The translations under genes and the position numbers were made by a program. Of a DNA stretch of 64,000 nucleotides, positions 13,117 through 27,849 are shown one piece after another (position 1 is the first letter of the stretch; every line of letters begins with the position of its first letter). Location of the stretch: assembly GCA_951406725.2 (NCBI GenBank), contig OX597823.1, forward strand, positions 35,774,001-35,838,000. The letters are read 5' to 3'. The stretch is from Octopus vulgaris (lineage: Eukaryota). A model generated the notes under the pieces. It saw only the letters and a program-made list of their open reading frames with translations, made no database searches and had not been told where the DNA came from.

Positions 13117-13285
13117 GGCGCAGGAGTGGCTGTGTGGTAAGTAGCTTGCTTACCAACCACATGGTTCCGACCCACTGTGTGGCACCTTGGGAAAGTGTCT
13201 TCTACAATAGATTCGGGCCGACCAAAGCCTTGTGAGTAGATTTGGTTGACGGAAACTGAAAGAAGCCCGTCGTATATATATATAT
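13117..13285 (+). mobile_element. tRNA-derived SINE, 5' half
   Basis: ggcgcaggagtggctgtgtggtaag (A-box-like)...gacggaaactgaaagaagcccgtcg then (TA)n. Homologous to 16932-17048 and 52672-52819. Confidence 0.85.
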
Positions 13286-13289
13286 AGAT

Positions 13290-15316
13290 GTGAGAGAAGA
13301 TGTGAGTTTTGGCTCCGTGAATAGTAAAAAAGAACAAAAAGAAAAATTGTCAATTATGGCTCGCGAAATATTGTGTTCTTATCACTATAACGGTGAATTG
13401 AGAATTCTTGTTTGAAAATTCTTTTTGTAAATTCTAGTAGGCGTATCTCGCCAGACAAAGTGGAATTTTTTGGAACTGGAATACTTCAAGAGCAATTGGA
13501 TTACCTGTTTGGAGTATTATACAAAGGATTCCGTCTGTGCTATTTGTGAAGTTTTTCTTTTATTCTTCCCTTCTTCTATCTTTTCCTTTTTTCTTTCTAA
13601 ATTTTGGTTCATTCTTTTCATTACTTTAATTTCAGTTTCCTTTCCTCCTCTTTTATTTTGTTTTATTTTTATTCGGTTTAATTTTTTGGCAGACTGTCTT
13701 TTGAACTACTTTTGAACTGTTTTTAACATGGCAGAGAAGGAACTTAAAAAGAAAAACTCTGTCTTAGAGTGAGAAATTAACCCGCCTAAGCAGTGGTTAA
13801 AAGATATGGAGGAGAAGACGGTGGTGCTCAGAACTTATTCTAAAGTTCTTAATTCCATCACCGTCTTCCCAAAACAAGTTATAAAAAATGAACTTAAAGA
13901 CTATTTGTCCTCTTTAAAATATATATCCCGTGGTGTCAAACATGCAACCGTATGGTTGCTGTTTGACAACGGGGAAAAGGATCGCCAGTTTGCGAGTCAG
14001 CCTTTAGAAGGCAAGGAAATTCTGTTCCTCCCGTCATATTGCGGGAGGAGGTTAATAAGAGCCTGGGTATGTGGGTTATCCCCAGGCACCGAAGCGGATT
14101 GGATTGAAGATACCATCCGACTGGGACTAGGAGGTGGCGGGCCCAGGCTTTTAAATGTAAGGGTATTGCCGGAGGTCGATTGGGAAGGGTCAAAAGCGAT
14201 TTTGACCTGTGGACCCAATCGGCCGCAACAGATCTGTTTTTTCCAGATTTCTTGAAAATGGCTGGCTGCAGGTATCCGGTGATACTTGAGGGACATCCCC
14301 CCCAAGTGTCACTCGTGCCTGCAGCCAGGCCACATTAAAAGGAACTGCTCCCAGGACCATGGTAAGGTCCTGGAACAGTCACTAGATGCCACCTCCCCTA
14401 CCCGGTCAAAGGGAGAAGTGGATGTGGTCGAGGAGGCTTCAGCCTTCTCAACTCAAAAAGGATTAAAAAGGAAGAAGGCGGGCAACGATAGTTGCCCGCC
14501 GAAGGAACCTGAGGCTTCGGGAGGCGGAGGAGAGTTTCCGGACAAAGCGGAAGAGCTCCACTCTCCCGAAGTCAGGAAGAAAAGAAAATAAAGAAGAACG
14601 GGTCATCGCAGGGGGGGAGATGATGTGCCGTCTGCATGTCCCGAAGTTGTGCCACCTACGGTGGAAGAAACCACCCCCACCCTTAAAGATGATCAATTAA
14701 TTATCTTTTTCTATAAGAGCGGGGAGGTGGAAAAATAGTAGAAGAACATAAAGAGACAGTAGCTATTCCCTTCACACGGGATCCCGAATGGCCTCCGCAG
14801 ATAGCTGTGGAGGTCATAAGGTTTCCTTTGTGGGAAAGGCTTAAAGGATTTGGGGAGGAGTGTCGCATATGGCCGGGTGGCCCTTACACGACTTACATGT
14901 CCTACATGAGTGAGGCATGGGAAATGGCGGGATACAGGAAGTCAAGCGGCATTGAAGATAATGATGAATATATCGATTGATATATCGAAGAGTAGGAGGT
15001 GAAAGACCCTCGTTATAGGGTTTGAAACCTCATCTTATTGTATTATTTGTTGTGGTTTATAACCTCAATTGTGTGTTTAAAAAAAACATGTTAAGTAAGA
15101 GGTTTTAGTGGCTCCTTCTTGTAAGAGGTTTGAAACCCTCATATTGATTTTTTAAAAAAAAGAAAATATGTTTTCGAGAAAAATCCAATCGGCGGGTGTT
15201 GGGTTTCGTCTCTCATTTATTCGTTCTATTTCATTTTCATTCATTAATGTGTTTGTCCAGCCCGCAAAGCTACACACTCTTTGTACTGTCTATGATGACA
15301 AATTTTATGAAATAAA
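13290..15316 (+). mobile_element. ORF1-only retroelement, copy 1 (Tx1/L1-like gag with CCHC knuckle)
   Basis: T-rich leader, disrupted ORF 13728-14980 with YPVILEGHPPKCHSCLQPGHIKRNC, 3' UTR ending atgaaataaa. No ORF2. Confidence 0.75.
13728..14980 (+). pseudogene. ORF1/gag-like protein with zinc knuckle, stops and frameshifts
   Basis: MAEKELKKKNSVLE*EINPPKQWLKDMEEKTVV...; C-x2-C-x4-H-x4-C near 14306-14348. Confidence 0.75.
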
Positions 15317-15330
15317 GTAGCTTGCTTACC

Positions 15331-16931
15331 TTGCTTGACAGTAGAGTTAGCATGTCCATGCTACTTGGAAGTAACTTCTTTCGACGTGAAATACTGAACG
15401 TTTAAGGCTCGACTACAGGTAGGCGTTTGTTTTATTTTGGGGGGCCTAGTGGAATTTTTGTTGTTCTGTTAGTAATAATTTTTGTTGAGCAACAGTCTCC
15501 ACTCTGCTCCAGACATTTGCCTGCCTGTGGTCGTGCGAAATGACTCACTTTGCAGTGAGAATTGTGTTTTTGAGGAGGCGTATCCCCTCCGCAAAAATTT
15601 GTTGGCTGTGAAAATTGTCTTTACCATTTGTGGATGACCAGTTTGGATTAAGAAAAAGGTCGCCGTCAAATGGTTTTGTTGTTTCTGAGCTGGGTAGAAT
15701 TTTTGTGTGTTTTATTTTTATTACAGTATATTCTGCCCAGCTCTGAAGCATTTTCGCTTACTCTTGGCGGTGTTGTGATTGTGCTTGTTAACAAGCGAAG
15801 AACTTCAAGGTGAATATTTTCACTACAGTTATTTTGGAAAAAATTGGTGCTTGCAAGCTGTGCGTAGTTTTGAACCCGGAAACGTTGGAAGTACTTTACC
15901 AGGAGGATTATCAAGAGATTTGAAGGCTGCAAGTGAGCTGGGAGTACCGTGTAGCACAAAAATTGTATTTTCTGCCGTGGAGAATTGTACAATATTTATT
16001 TTTCTGAACTGCTGTCTTTTCATTCCTTTTGCTGAACAATTTTAGTTGGACTAGTATTTTATTTCTTCCAATTTTAGTTGAACTGTGTTTTTATTTTTAT
16101 TGTGTTCAAAGACTTTTTGTTGTTTTTGGTTGAGTGACTTTTTTCCTTGTTTGAACTATGTTTTGTCTACATGGCAGATAAAATGATAAAAAATAAGACC
16201 ACTGCTTTGGAGTGGGAGATTGTCCCACCTAAGCAGTAGTTAAAAGATATGGAGGAGAGGACGATGGTGGTTAGAACTTACACTAAAGTTCTTGATACCA
16301 TCACCGTTTTCCCAAAACAAACCATTGAAAAAGAACTAAAAGACTATTTGTCCCCTACAAAATATATATCCCGGGATGCCAGGCATGCAACGGTGTGGTT
16401 GCTGCTTGAGGAGGCTTGCATTTTGCAAGTCAGCCTTTGGAGGTAAAGGAACTTTTGCTCCTCCCGTCGTACTGCGGGAGGAAGGTGATAAGAGCCTGGG
16501 TATGTGGGCTACCACCGGGCATAGAGGTGGGTTGGATAGGAGTTACCGTCCGACGGGGCCTGGGGGATAGCGGGCTCAGGCTCTTAAATGTAAGAGTGAC
16601 GCCTGCGGTCAACTGGGAGGGTGCAAAGGCAACTCTGACCCAGTGGACCCCAGTGGCCGCAGGCAAAATGACCTTCCCTGACCTTTTTAGGATGGCTGGC
16701 TCCAGGTATCCAGTGATTCTTGAGGGTCGCCTCCGCCCAAGTGTCACTCGTACCGGGAGTTAGGCCATATCAAGAAGGACTGCTCCCGGGGCTGTGGCAA
16801 GGCTCCGGAGCAGGAAAAAGGGAAGGTGCCCTCCACTCTCCCATTGCAGGGAGAAACGGAGGAAGTCGTTTAGGTGTCGACCTCAACGAGAAGGAAGAGA
16901 AAGGTGAGTAACTTTATTTCGATGAAATAAA
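15331..16931 (+). mobile_element. ORF1-only retroelement, copy 2, flanked by the 14-bp direct repeat GTAGCTTGCTTACC
   Basis: The paralogous ORF starts at 16171 (MADKMIKNKTTALEWEIVPPKQ*LKDMEERT). Direct repeats are at 15317-15330 and 16932-16945. Confidence 0.78.
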
Positions 16932-17147
<216 letters not shown>

Positions 17148-17260
17148 TTTGCTGTTGAGTGAACTCGAAAGTCCCTTTCAAAAACAATTAAATCGAAAAC
17201 ATCTAGAATTTCAATCAAAAGAATTTGACCACATCCATACAACCATCTTTAATGAATGCA

Positions 17261-17512
17261 AAAGAATAAAAAACAAGACCTGGAAATACAATTATAATTT
17301 TTACTGAAGCAAGTTAAAACAACATCTGGTTTCTCAATTAAAAACTTTGACTACTACAAAAATTCGATCACACTCATACAAAATCCACACTTCTTACCCC
17401 CCATCCACATTGATGATTACAAAAGAATAAAGAAACAAGTCATGGAAATGCAATTATAATTTTTACTGAAGAAAGTCAAAAACAACATCTGGTTTTTCAA
17501 ATAAAATCCTTG
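17261..17512 (+). repeat. Direct repeat of about 90 bp (17261-17349 / 17422-17512)
   Basis: aaagaataaa...caattataatttttactgaag...aacaacatctggttt occurs twice. Confidence 0.8.
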
Positions 17513-17846
17513 CCCAATTCAAACACAAAAACTCTTTTTTCTTCCCCAGCCTAAAAGGTCACTGAGTGTTAAATAAACAAGTCTAACAATACTACACCTC
17601 TTTACCCACCCGCTTCCTTCTCAAACTTGTTTCTTCATTCTTCTCCCTTGCTTGGCAAACCCCACAATCTTTTATATAGGAAAGGGCCTAGAAATATAAC
17701 TTTGAACCACATTTTGATAAATCCAGTAACGGAAGAAAGTGCGGAAAGTGTAAATCAAATGTAATTAAAATATATATATATAATCATCCAACATTCTTAC
17801 AACCTTATTATCCTAAATATACAATAGCCATACATCACTTCAAAAA

Positions 17847-17895
<49 letters not shown>

Positions 17896-18075
17896 ATTTA
17901 CAATTTACAATATAATTGACATTTTTTGTCTTTTTTTCGGCATATTTGGCATTAGAATTTTTCTTTTGCCCTTATCTTGTAAATTATTTATAAATTTAAC
18001 CTTCAAAGGTATTTTTTGATATGCTGGCCATTGATAAAAAACTTTTCCCCAGGAAAAAATTTTATCCTACATTAG

Positions 18076-18116
<41 letters not shown>

Positions 18117-18120
<4 letters not shown>

Positions 18121-18652
18121 GCTCAGAGCTGCGGCCATGCTGATGCATCGCCGTTTTGCGCTACACTGTAATTACTTAGAGCCTCCTCTAATATGTAGCA
18201 CTTGGGGAAGAATGGAGTTTGATATAGCTACCCTCATTTGCACCTCTTGCGAGAGGTAGTTTCATCTGGGACTCTCGACAGAAAGAGGTCCAGCTTTGAT
18301 TTAAAAACCGCTACATCTACTTTGTGCAAGTTCCTCAGACTCTTTGAGAGAATATTAAAAAGCTGTGGGCCCTTGAAACCCAGGCTGTTGCAGTAGCTGG
18401 TCCTGAAGCGTGACGGCATAGCTGGGATCTTTGGCACTATGTAGTGTCGTCCCGTTCTAGCATTGGTGTAGCTTACAATGCCAACATTTGGCATAATTCC
18501 TTCCAGGATCTTCCAGATATATATTACTGCATACCTCTCCCATCTTCTCTCCAGGGAGTAGAGTCTTAGCTGTTTCAACCTTTCCCAGTAGCTGAGCTGT
18601 TGCAAAGAGACGATCTTCTTTGTGAATCTTCTCTGGATTGCTTCAAGGTCCG
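18117..18652 (-). mobile_element. CR1 LINE 3' fragment with 3' tail, between (TA)n tracts
   Basis: [18 protein letters not shown]...YIWKIL...[13 protein letters not shown]...FKSKLDLFL is a typical CR1 ORF2 C-terminus. Confidence 0.9.
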
Positions 18653-18667
18653 CTACATATGCATATA

Positions 18668-18782
<115 letters not shown>

Positions 18783-18868
18783 TTAGAGACAAAACCACTA
18801 TTTTGCAAATCAAACAAGGAAAGACTTAATCAATACATAAAAAAATTTAATATAAAGTAAATAAATCG

Positions 18869-18912
18869 CCACTACAATTGTTTCCTGTCTTCAAATGACA
18901 TTCATCAGGTGG
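18869..18912 (-). ncRNA. Minimal type-I hammerhead ribozyme
   Basis: ccac-CTGATGA-a-tgtc(atttgaa)gaca-g-GAAAC-aatt-GTA-gtgg. Core intact; stems I and II pair; stem III is the palindrome ACAATTGT. Confidence 0.85.
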
Positions 18913-20315
18913 ATTTCATATCTAAAAATATCAATATTTTAAAAAATAAATTTAAAATGGCTAAAACTATAAATAATATAAATTTATCAATGAAAAAATA
19001 TAAAAAATATATATTCTATATATAATCTATATATAATATAATCAAGAACTAAAATAACCTCTATAAACAATTGAATATAAAGAAACTTATTATTAAAGTT
19101 CTCATATTTAAAGATGAAGAATCTAATTTCAAAAAACAAAAAACAAAAAACAAAAAACAAAAATAAAAATAAACTATATATAAAACACATGCTCATACAC
19201 ATATATATAAGTATATATAAACATATCTAAATACATACACTAACTCACACGCCCATATATATCTCTATACATACACATAAACATCTAGGCAACGATAAAT
19301 TAATAAAATAGCCAAATACTTCAACACATTACTTATTCATACTCCCTCACACACACATACAACCCTCATTCATAAACACACTCACTCTGCATGACAACCA
19401 CACAACCAGCATCCGCATATACTCAACCACAACAATATAAACATTTCATTCTTAGCAAGAAACTACCAAATACCAAATACCACATATATACCACAACAAT
19501 ACATAAATACTTAAACCAAACACACACACACACATATCCAAATACCACATGCATGCAACAAACATACACAAATACGCAAACAAACACACTCGCACACATA
19601 TTCAAATACCACATGCATGCAACAAACATACACACACACATATCCAAATACCACATGCATGCAACAAACATACACAAATACGCAAACAAACACACACACA
19701 CACATTTACACATACATAAACACTCAAAAGAAAAACAACATTTCTACACATAAACAATGCACACCCACACACATTCACACACAATCACTCACATACAACC
19801 GCACTCCTACCGCCACTCCAACACAGATGAGTAACAAATTTAGCAGATACATACTCTCAGCCACTTACATACAGTAATATTCCCTACTCAGCAATATACT
19901 ATTAAAAAACCCCAACACCACTCTAAAACAAATTTATGAATGTGCATAATAACTTATATTGAGTTATTCTATTAATAAATCATTTAAAAACAGACCTATC
20001 TATTTATCAAAGTATGTCTAAATTATTGATAATTAATAACAAAGAAAATACGATAAATAGAACACTCCATAAGCAACAAGATTAACATAAGCAACAATAT
20101 TAACATAAGGAGAAAAAAATACATACTTCTATTCAATTTTAAAGTTATGAAGTGAATTTAAAGTCTAACCGTTATAACGTTTACAAAATTACGTTACCAT
20201 AGAAATAGAAATAGAACATATTTATAATAAATTCTCTACGCGTTATGAACGAACGTTATTTAAAAATTATGAATGGAATAGAATGGAATAAATGTTAATA
20301 ATCGTAATTAGACAG

Positions 20316-20590
20316 AATTTACTATATAATTCTTTAATAAAACAATCATGATAAACGAAACCCATATATACATATAATGATAAAACCTCCCTTTAACCAT
20401 ACACAATAACATACCTATATAGCAATCCCCTAATCTATACATTCACGTACAAATATACACACGTATAACACACACCCACAACATATACATATACCCACTC
20501 ACACATACATATACATACGTACAAAACTCGATATATACACCAATATATTCACACCCACATCCATATAGATAAATAAATATATATACATCC

Positions 20591-20626
<36 letters not shown>

Positions 20627-21235
20627 TCACATATCATCAAATACACATATATATAAAAATACACACATTCACAAAAAAATAAATAAATGAATATTTATTA
20701 TATGTATATATGAGTGTGTACACGCAAACGGGTGCAATCTCACGCACAATCAAACATGCATGTATACAAGTGCATACACAAGCACACACTTTTACATAGC
20801 GCTCATGCACTCCCGCATCTACACATGCACTTATACACGCGCACACGTGCACACAGACCCATGCACGTGCATATTCACGGACACCCTCCTAAACATCTAA
20901 ATATACGTATATATGGCTACAAACTATACCCAAATAAAATAAGACTACCATGATCAACATACCAAACTATAATACATGGGGACTAAATTTACTAAAAAAT
21001 TCTTTAATAAAACAATCATGATAAACGAAAATCATACATACAAATATAATGATAAAACCCCTTACCAAATACACAATACACACAAGTACACACACATATA
21101 TTTACACAAACCCATAAACATATACATATACACACTCACACATACATATACATACATACAATATTCGATACATACACCAATATATTCACTCCCACACCCA
21201 TATAGATTAATAAATAAATACATATACAAACATAA

Positions 21236-21267
<32 letters not shown>

Positions 21268-21633
21268 TATATATATACATTCACACATATCATCACATAC
21301 GCATATATATAAAATACACACTTTCAAAAAAGTAAATAAATAAATAAATATTTATTATATGTATATATGAGTATGTACACGCAGACGGGTGCAATCTCAC
21401 GCACATTCAAACATGCATGTATACAAGTGCATAAACAATCACACTCAATTACATAGCACTCATGCACTCCCGCATCTACACTTACACTTGTACACGCGCA
21501 CACATGCATACACACCCATACATACATATTCACGGACACCCTCCTAAATATCTATATAAACGTATATTGCTACAAACAATACTCAAAAATAAAACTGCCA
21601 TGATCACCATACCAAATATAATACAAGGGGATT
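20316..21633. repeat. Diverged tandem duplication of about 660 bp inside the PLE 3' region
   Basis: ttctttaataaaacaatcatgataaacgaaa and cgggtgcaatctcacgcaca recur about 650-670 bp apart. Confidence 0.85.
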
Positions 21634-22522
21634 GGAAACATTCACAATATATAGGGAACAACCATCCATAAACACCCCTAAACACCTAGTAGCTCCCATT
21701 CATCCAAATCAACCCATAACAAGTTATACCCAAATCCATAAATTAATATTATATTATAATAAATTAATAAATTAATGTAAATAAACAAATCTAAATGCTT
21801 ACATACACAAACAAACCTATATAGCAATACCCCACCCTATAAACTATTTCCCACTACCTCACATACAACTAAAACTAATATTCATACAAACCCATTCCGC
21901 ATATTATAAAACAACCACAACACTTATACACAATATAAAATACCAAATTCACATCTGCACATATACATATATACACATATACACATACACATACACATAC
22001 ACAAATACGTATATACACACTCACACAACTACATACAAATACATATATATACACAAATACACATATATACTCACATACTTATATACACATACATATGTAC
22101 ACACACCTATAATACACACTTATACATACATTATACATACTTATACATACTAAACATACATACAATACTCGATATATACACCACTAAATACACGCCCATA
22201 TCATCCATAAATAATATATATCCACATATATACATATAAAATATATATATGTATATATAAAAATAAATAAATAAATAAATAAATAAAATAAAATAAATCT
22301 AATATAAATAAAGTTTTAACTTACCAGACTCAATATTCCATAAACAGTTATATATTAATATACATTAATAATAAATTAATTAATACAAAGAAATACCAAT
22401 TAAATCCTAACTATAAATAAAACCTAAACTACATAACTAAAGAATTATAATGGTACTCTAAACATAAAATTAATATACTAAAGTAACCTTTAATAGGGAG
22501 CTATTAATGTTATTAAAAATAT

Positions 22523-23000
22523 TTATTTATCATGAAACTTATTATATAGGTAAAGTAACCTATGTCTGCATTTTATTTTGCGCTCTTCACCTGTATTAAG
22601 TAAATTATCATACTTATAAAACAAAATTTCCTTAAACTCATTAGAGCATAAATAACAAAAATTCGCTCCTATAGTATATGATTTAGTTTTACAAATTATT
22701 TCCCAAGATAAACTATAATTAATATTTTGTGATTTAAGTCTCCAAATGTACTTACTAAGTCCAGTGGAGTTGATTAAATTTTTATTTTTAAAAGAATTCA
22801 GATGTTGTGCGATTCTTAATTTTATTTTAGAGGAAGTAGACCCTATATAAACCGCTTTTGGGTAATTATTATTCTTAAAGTTATTATCATGTAATGTAAC
22901 TATACATTTATACACTACATCGTTAATATCACATTTATTATTTAATTTACATTTAGATTTATCTCTACAAGTACAATTAATATATGTCTTATCTTTATTA
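22523..23000 (-). CDS. PLE GIY-YIG endonuclease domain (5'-truncated)
   Basis: CTCRDKSKCKLNNKC...VVYKC...VYIGSTSSKIKLRIAQH...LSKYIW...CYLCSNE...LLN...CRH. Confidence 0.85.
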
Positions 23001-23093
23001 TTATTAGTATATATACATATAATAAATATTCATTTATTTATTTTTTTGTGAATGTGTGTATTTATATATATATGTGTATTTGATGATATGTGA

Positions 23094-23145
<52 letters not shown>

Positions 23146-24827
23146 ATGTATATATATTTATTTATTTATCTATATGGGTGTGGGTGTGAATATATTGGTG
23201 TATATATCGAGTTTTGTACGTATGTATATGTATGTGTGAGTGGGTATATGTATATGTTGTGGGTGTGTGTTATACGTGTGTGTATTTGTATGTGAATGTA
23301 TAGATTAGGGGATTGCTATATAGGTATGTTATTGTGTATGGTTAAAGGGAGGTTTTATCATTATATGTATATATGGGTTTCGTTTATCATGATTGTTTTA
23401 TTAAAGAATTTTATAGTAAATTCTGTCTAATTACGATTATTAACAATTATTCCATTCTATTCCATTCATAATTTTTAAATAACGTTCGTTCATAACGCAC
23501 AGAGAATTTATTATAAATATGTTCTATTTCTATTTCTATGGTAACGTAATTTTGTAAACGTTATAACGGTTAGACTTTAAATTCACTTCATAACTTTAAA
23601 ATTGAATAGAAGGTATGTATTTTTTTCTCCTTATGTTAATCTTGTTGCTTATGGAGTGTTCTATTTATCGTATTTTCTTTGTTATTAATTATCAATAATT
23701 TAGACATACTTTGATAAATAGATAGGTCTGTTTTTAAATGATTTATTAATAGAATAACTCAATATAAGTTATTATGCACATTCATAAATTTGTTTTAGAG
23801 TGGTGTTGGGGTTTTTTAATAGTATATTGCTGAGTAGGGAATATTACTGTATGTAAGTGGCTGAGAGTATGTATCTGCTAAATTTGTTACTCATTTGTGT
23901 TGGAGTGGCGGTAGGAGTGCGGTTGTATGTGAATGATTGTGTGTGAATGTGTGTGGGTGTGCATTGTTTATGTGTAGAAATGTTGTTTTTCTTTTGAGTG
24001 TTTATGTATGTGTAAATGTGTGTGTGTGTGTGTGTGTGTGTGTTTGTTTGCGTATTTGTGTATGTTTGTTGTATGCATGTGGTATTTGGATATGTGTGTG
24101 TGTAATGTTTGTTGCATGCATGTGGTATTTGAATATGTGTGCGAGTGTGTTTGCGTATTTGTGTATGTTTGTTGCATGCATGTGGTATTTGGATATGTGT
24201 GTGTGTGTGTTTGGTTTAAGTATTTATGTATTGTTGTGGTATATATGTGGTATTTGGTATTTGGTAGTTTCTTGCTAAGAATGAAATGTTTATATTGTTG
24301 TGGTTGAGTATATGCGGATGCTGGTTGTGTGGTTGTCATGCAGAGTGAGTGTGTTTATGAATGAGGGTTGTATGTGTGTGTGAGGGAGTATGAATAAGTA
24401 ATGTGTTGAAGTATTTGGCTATTTTATTAATTTATCGTTGCCTAGATGTTTGTGTATATGTATAGAGATATATATGGGCGTGTGAGTTAGTGTATGTATT
24501 TAGATATGTTTATATATACTTATATATATGTGTATGAGCATGTGTGTATATATAGTTTATTTTTATTTTTGTTTTTTGTTTTTTGTTTTTTGTTTTTTGA
24601 AATTAGATTCTTCATCTTTAAATATGAGAACTTTAATAATAGGTTTCTTTATATTCAATTGTTTATAGAGGTTATTTTAGTTCTTGATTATATTATATAT
24701 AGATTATATATAGATTATATATAGATTATATATTTTTTATATTTTTTCATTGATAAATATATATTATTTATAGTTTTAGCCATTTTAAATTTATTTTTTA
24801 AAATATTGCTATTTTTAGATATGAAAT

Positions 24828-24871
24828 CCACCTGATGAATGTCATTTGAAGACAGGAAACAATTGTAGTGG
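24828..24871 (+). ncRNA. Minimal type-I hammerhead ribozyme (inverted twin of 18869-18912)
   Basis: ccacCTGATGAatgtcatttgaagacagGAAACaattGTAgtgg. Confidence 0.85.
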
Positions 24872-25049
24872 CGATTTATTTACTTTATATTAAAAAATTT
24901 TTTATGTATTGATTAAGTCTTTCCTTGTTTGATTTGCAAAATAGTGGTTTTGTCTCTAATTAATATTATATAATATTTTACTATAAAATTGGATTCAATC
25001 CTAAATCTGATTTTTCCCTGTAAATTTGGATTTATTCCCTAATATTTAT

Positions 25050-25106
<57 letters not shown>

Positions 25107-25331
25107 GTCTTTGACTATTTTCTCTTTTCCACTAGGCCGCTGGTAGCGATAAATTTCTATTGAATTTTTTGCTACCCTAAATTGACTAATTGATAATTTT
25201 CTGAGATTGAATCGGCAGTTTATATTTACTTCTGATAAGTTGGCGCGAATGCGCTAGTCTTGAAAATTTTAAGACAGATATTCCGGAGGCATTGATACAG
25301 ACGCCTCGTGTATATTTGTCTCCCACACGTT

Positions 25332-25428
25332 TTTTACTGATGAAGTGTGACCTATGGTAGATTAGCTTAATTTAATTTAATTAAGCTGGTTTATCATTAA
25401 AAACACAGAAACGATGCATCGTCTAAAA
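25332..25428 (+). ncRNA. Type-I hammerhead ribozyme with extended stem II
   Basis: tttta-CTGATGA-a-gtgt...acac-a-GAAAC-gatgcatc-GTC-taaaa. Stem II holds the hairpin ttagcttaatt/aattaagctgg, and stem III is the palindrome ACGATGCATCGT. Confidence 0.85.
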
Positions 25429-25616
25429 GATGAATTAGGGTAAAAGTTTTTAAATTTTGTCCTAATTTCCGAATTACTACTACTTGGCGGTATGAGTTCT
25501 GGCTGCTCTCTCTAGTGGACGAATTCCTAAATTTGTTATATATATATACATATATATATAACTGATATTGAAGAGCTGTGGGTGTCTGAAGCCCAGGCTA
25601 TCACAATATCTTGTCC

Positions 25617-26427
<811 letters not shown>

Positions 26428-27849
26428 TAAAAGTAGGACATGTGGACATATCCATGTATATAAAATCCGCTTAATTTTCTTCTTTGTGTTCATTTCTTTC
26501 TAACACCCCAATAATCTGGGACCCTATCGCAATAAATTCAGTCGTTCAGCTGTCTAATGGTTTTTCCTCCTTTTTGTTTCACTTTTTATCATTATTATTA
26601 TTTTTCTCCTTGCTCTTCTCTTTTACTCCCTCAAACAGAGGTTGAACACGGATTCTGTCACGCATAATCATGAATGATTCAGAGCTTTATGTTGCTCACA
26701 CATCTCAATATATCTTTATAAATGGCTTTTCACGTAGAGAAGAATGGAATCGAGAAAGTAACACAATCAGGAAGAAATAATAGCAACTAAATTATCTACT
26801 ATTTTTACATGGCTATTGTACAAGAACGTGCAATGAAGGGAGAATAATAACAATAAATTTCAAACCGAAAAGGAAAGCGGTACCAAAACAAAATTACAAT
26901 AAAAATACACTATATAAAGAAACAAAATGTAAGCTCACTGCCCTGACAACAAAAATTCCATCTAAATATAAGCAATAAGAACATTAACAGTGATGATTAT
27001 GATAATGCTGATGATTAATGTATGGTGGTCGTCATAATGATGGTGACGATGATGGCGGTGTGATGATGATGATAATGCCAGTTCAGTTCCACATATTATC
27101 ATCAATGAAGTATTTATTTCTTAAGCAATGAGCTATTTAGCTCCAACAAGAATATAAACATACGGAAGATTTCGAAAAACATGACGGCCTCTAAGACTGA
27201 AAGCTTAGGAATATTGATTTATTGAATTCTGATAAAACTAGTAACAAGTGATTGAAAGAAATTTGATCATTTTTTTTTCTGTTCAGGAGAGACGAACGCC
27301 AGAATAGAAGCCAGCAAGACTTGAACTCAGAAAATAAGAGGATGATATTCAACATTTCAAGGCATTCGACGCTCTACTGATGCTGCCAACCTACCATTAG
27401 GATGTGCTGCTGTCTGGTGTTTGTCTTTTCTACAGCTACCACAGTTACAGCTGTTCCTCAGAGCTCGCCTCTTCTCATTCCATATATTGTATCCACCACC
27501 TACCAGGGGTTTCGCCCTAGCCACTAAATCCGTTCCTTCTTCCATAAAACGTCGTCTCGCTGGAATTCTTTTTTCTGCAGCCATCAATTTGGGATTTTTA
27601 GAGAGAGTCATTAATTGTTCGTTCCCGCTGGCCTCGGATTGGGTGCTATTAAGGCATCCCTATTCTTTAGATCGATCCATAAAATATCAAAAAATAAAAG
27701 ACATCGCTTACTAATCTACAAACATTTTCATCACGAAATATTTCTAATATATTACGACGAATCGAAAACATTATATTAATTAAATTTTAATTTTAAAAAG
27801 CAAAAATTAGGTACAACTAAATATATCATATAGTTTTTATATGTTTCGT

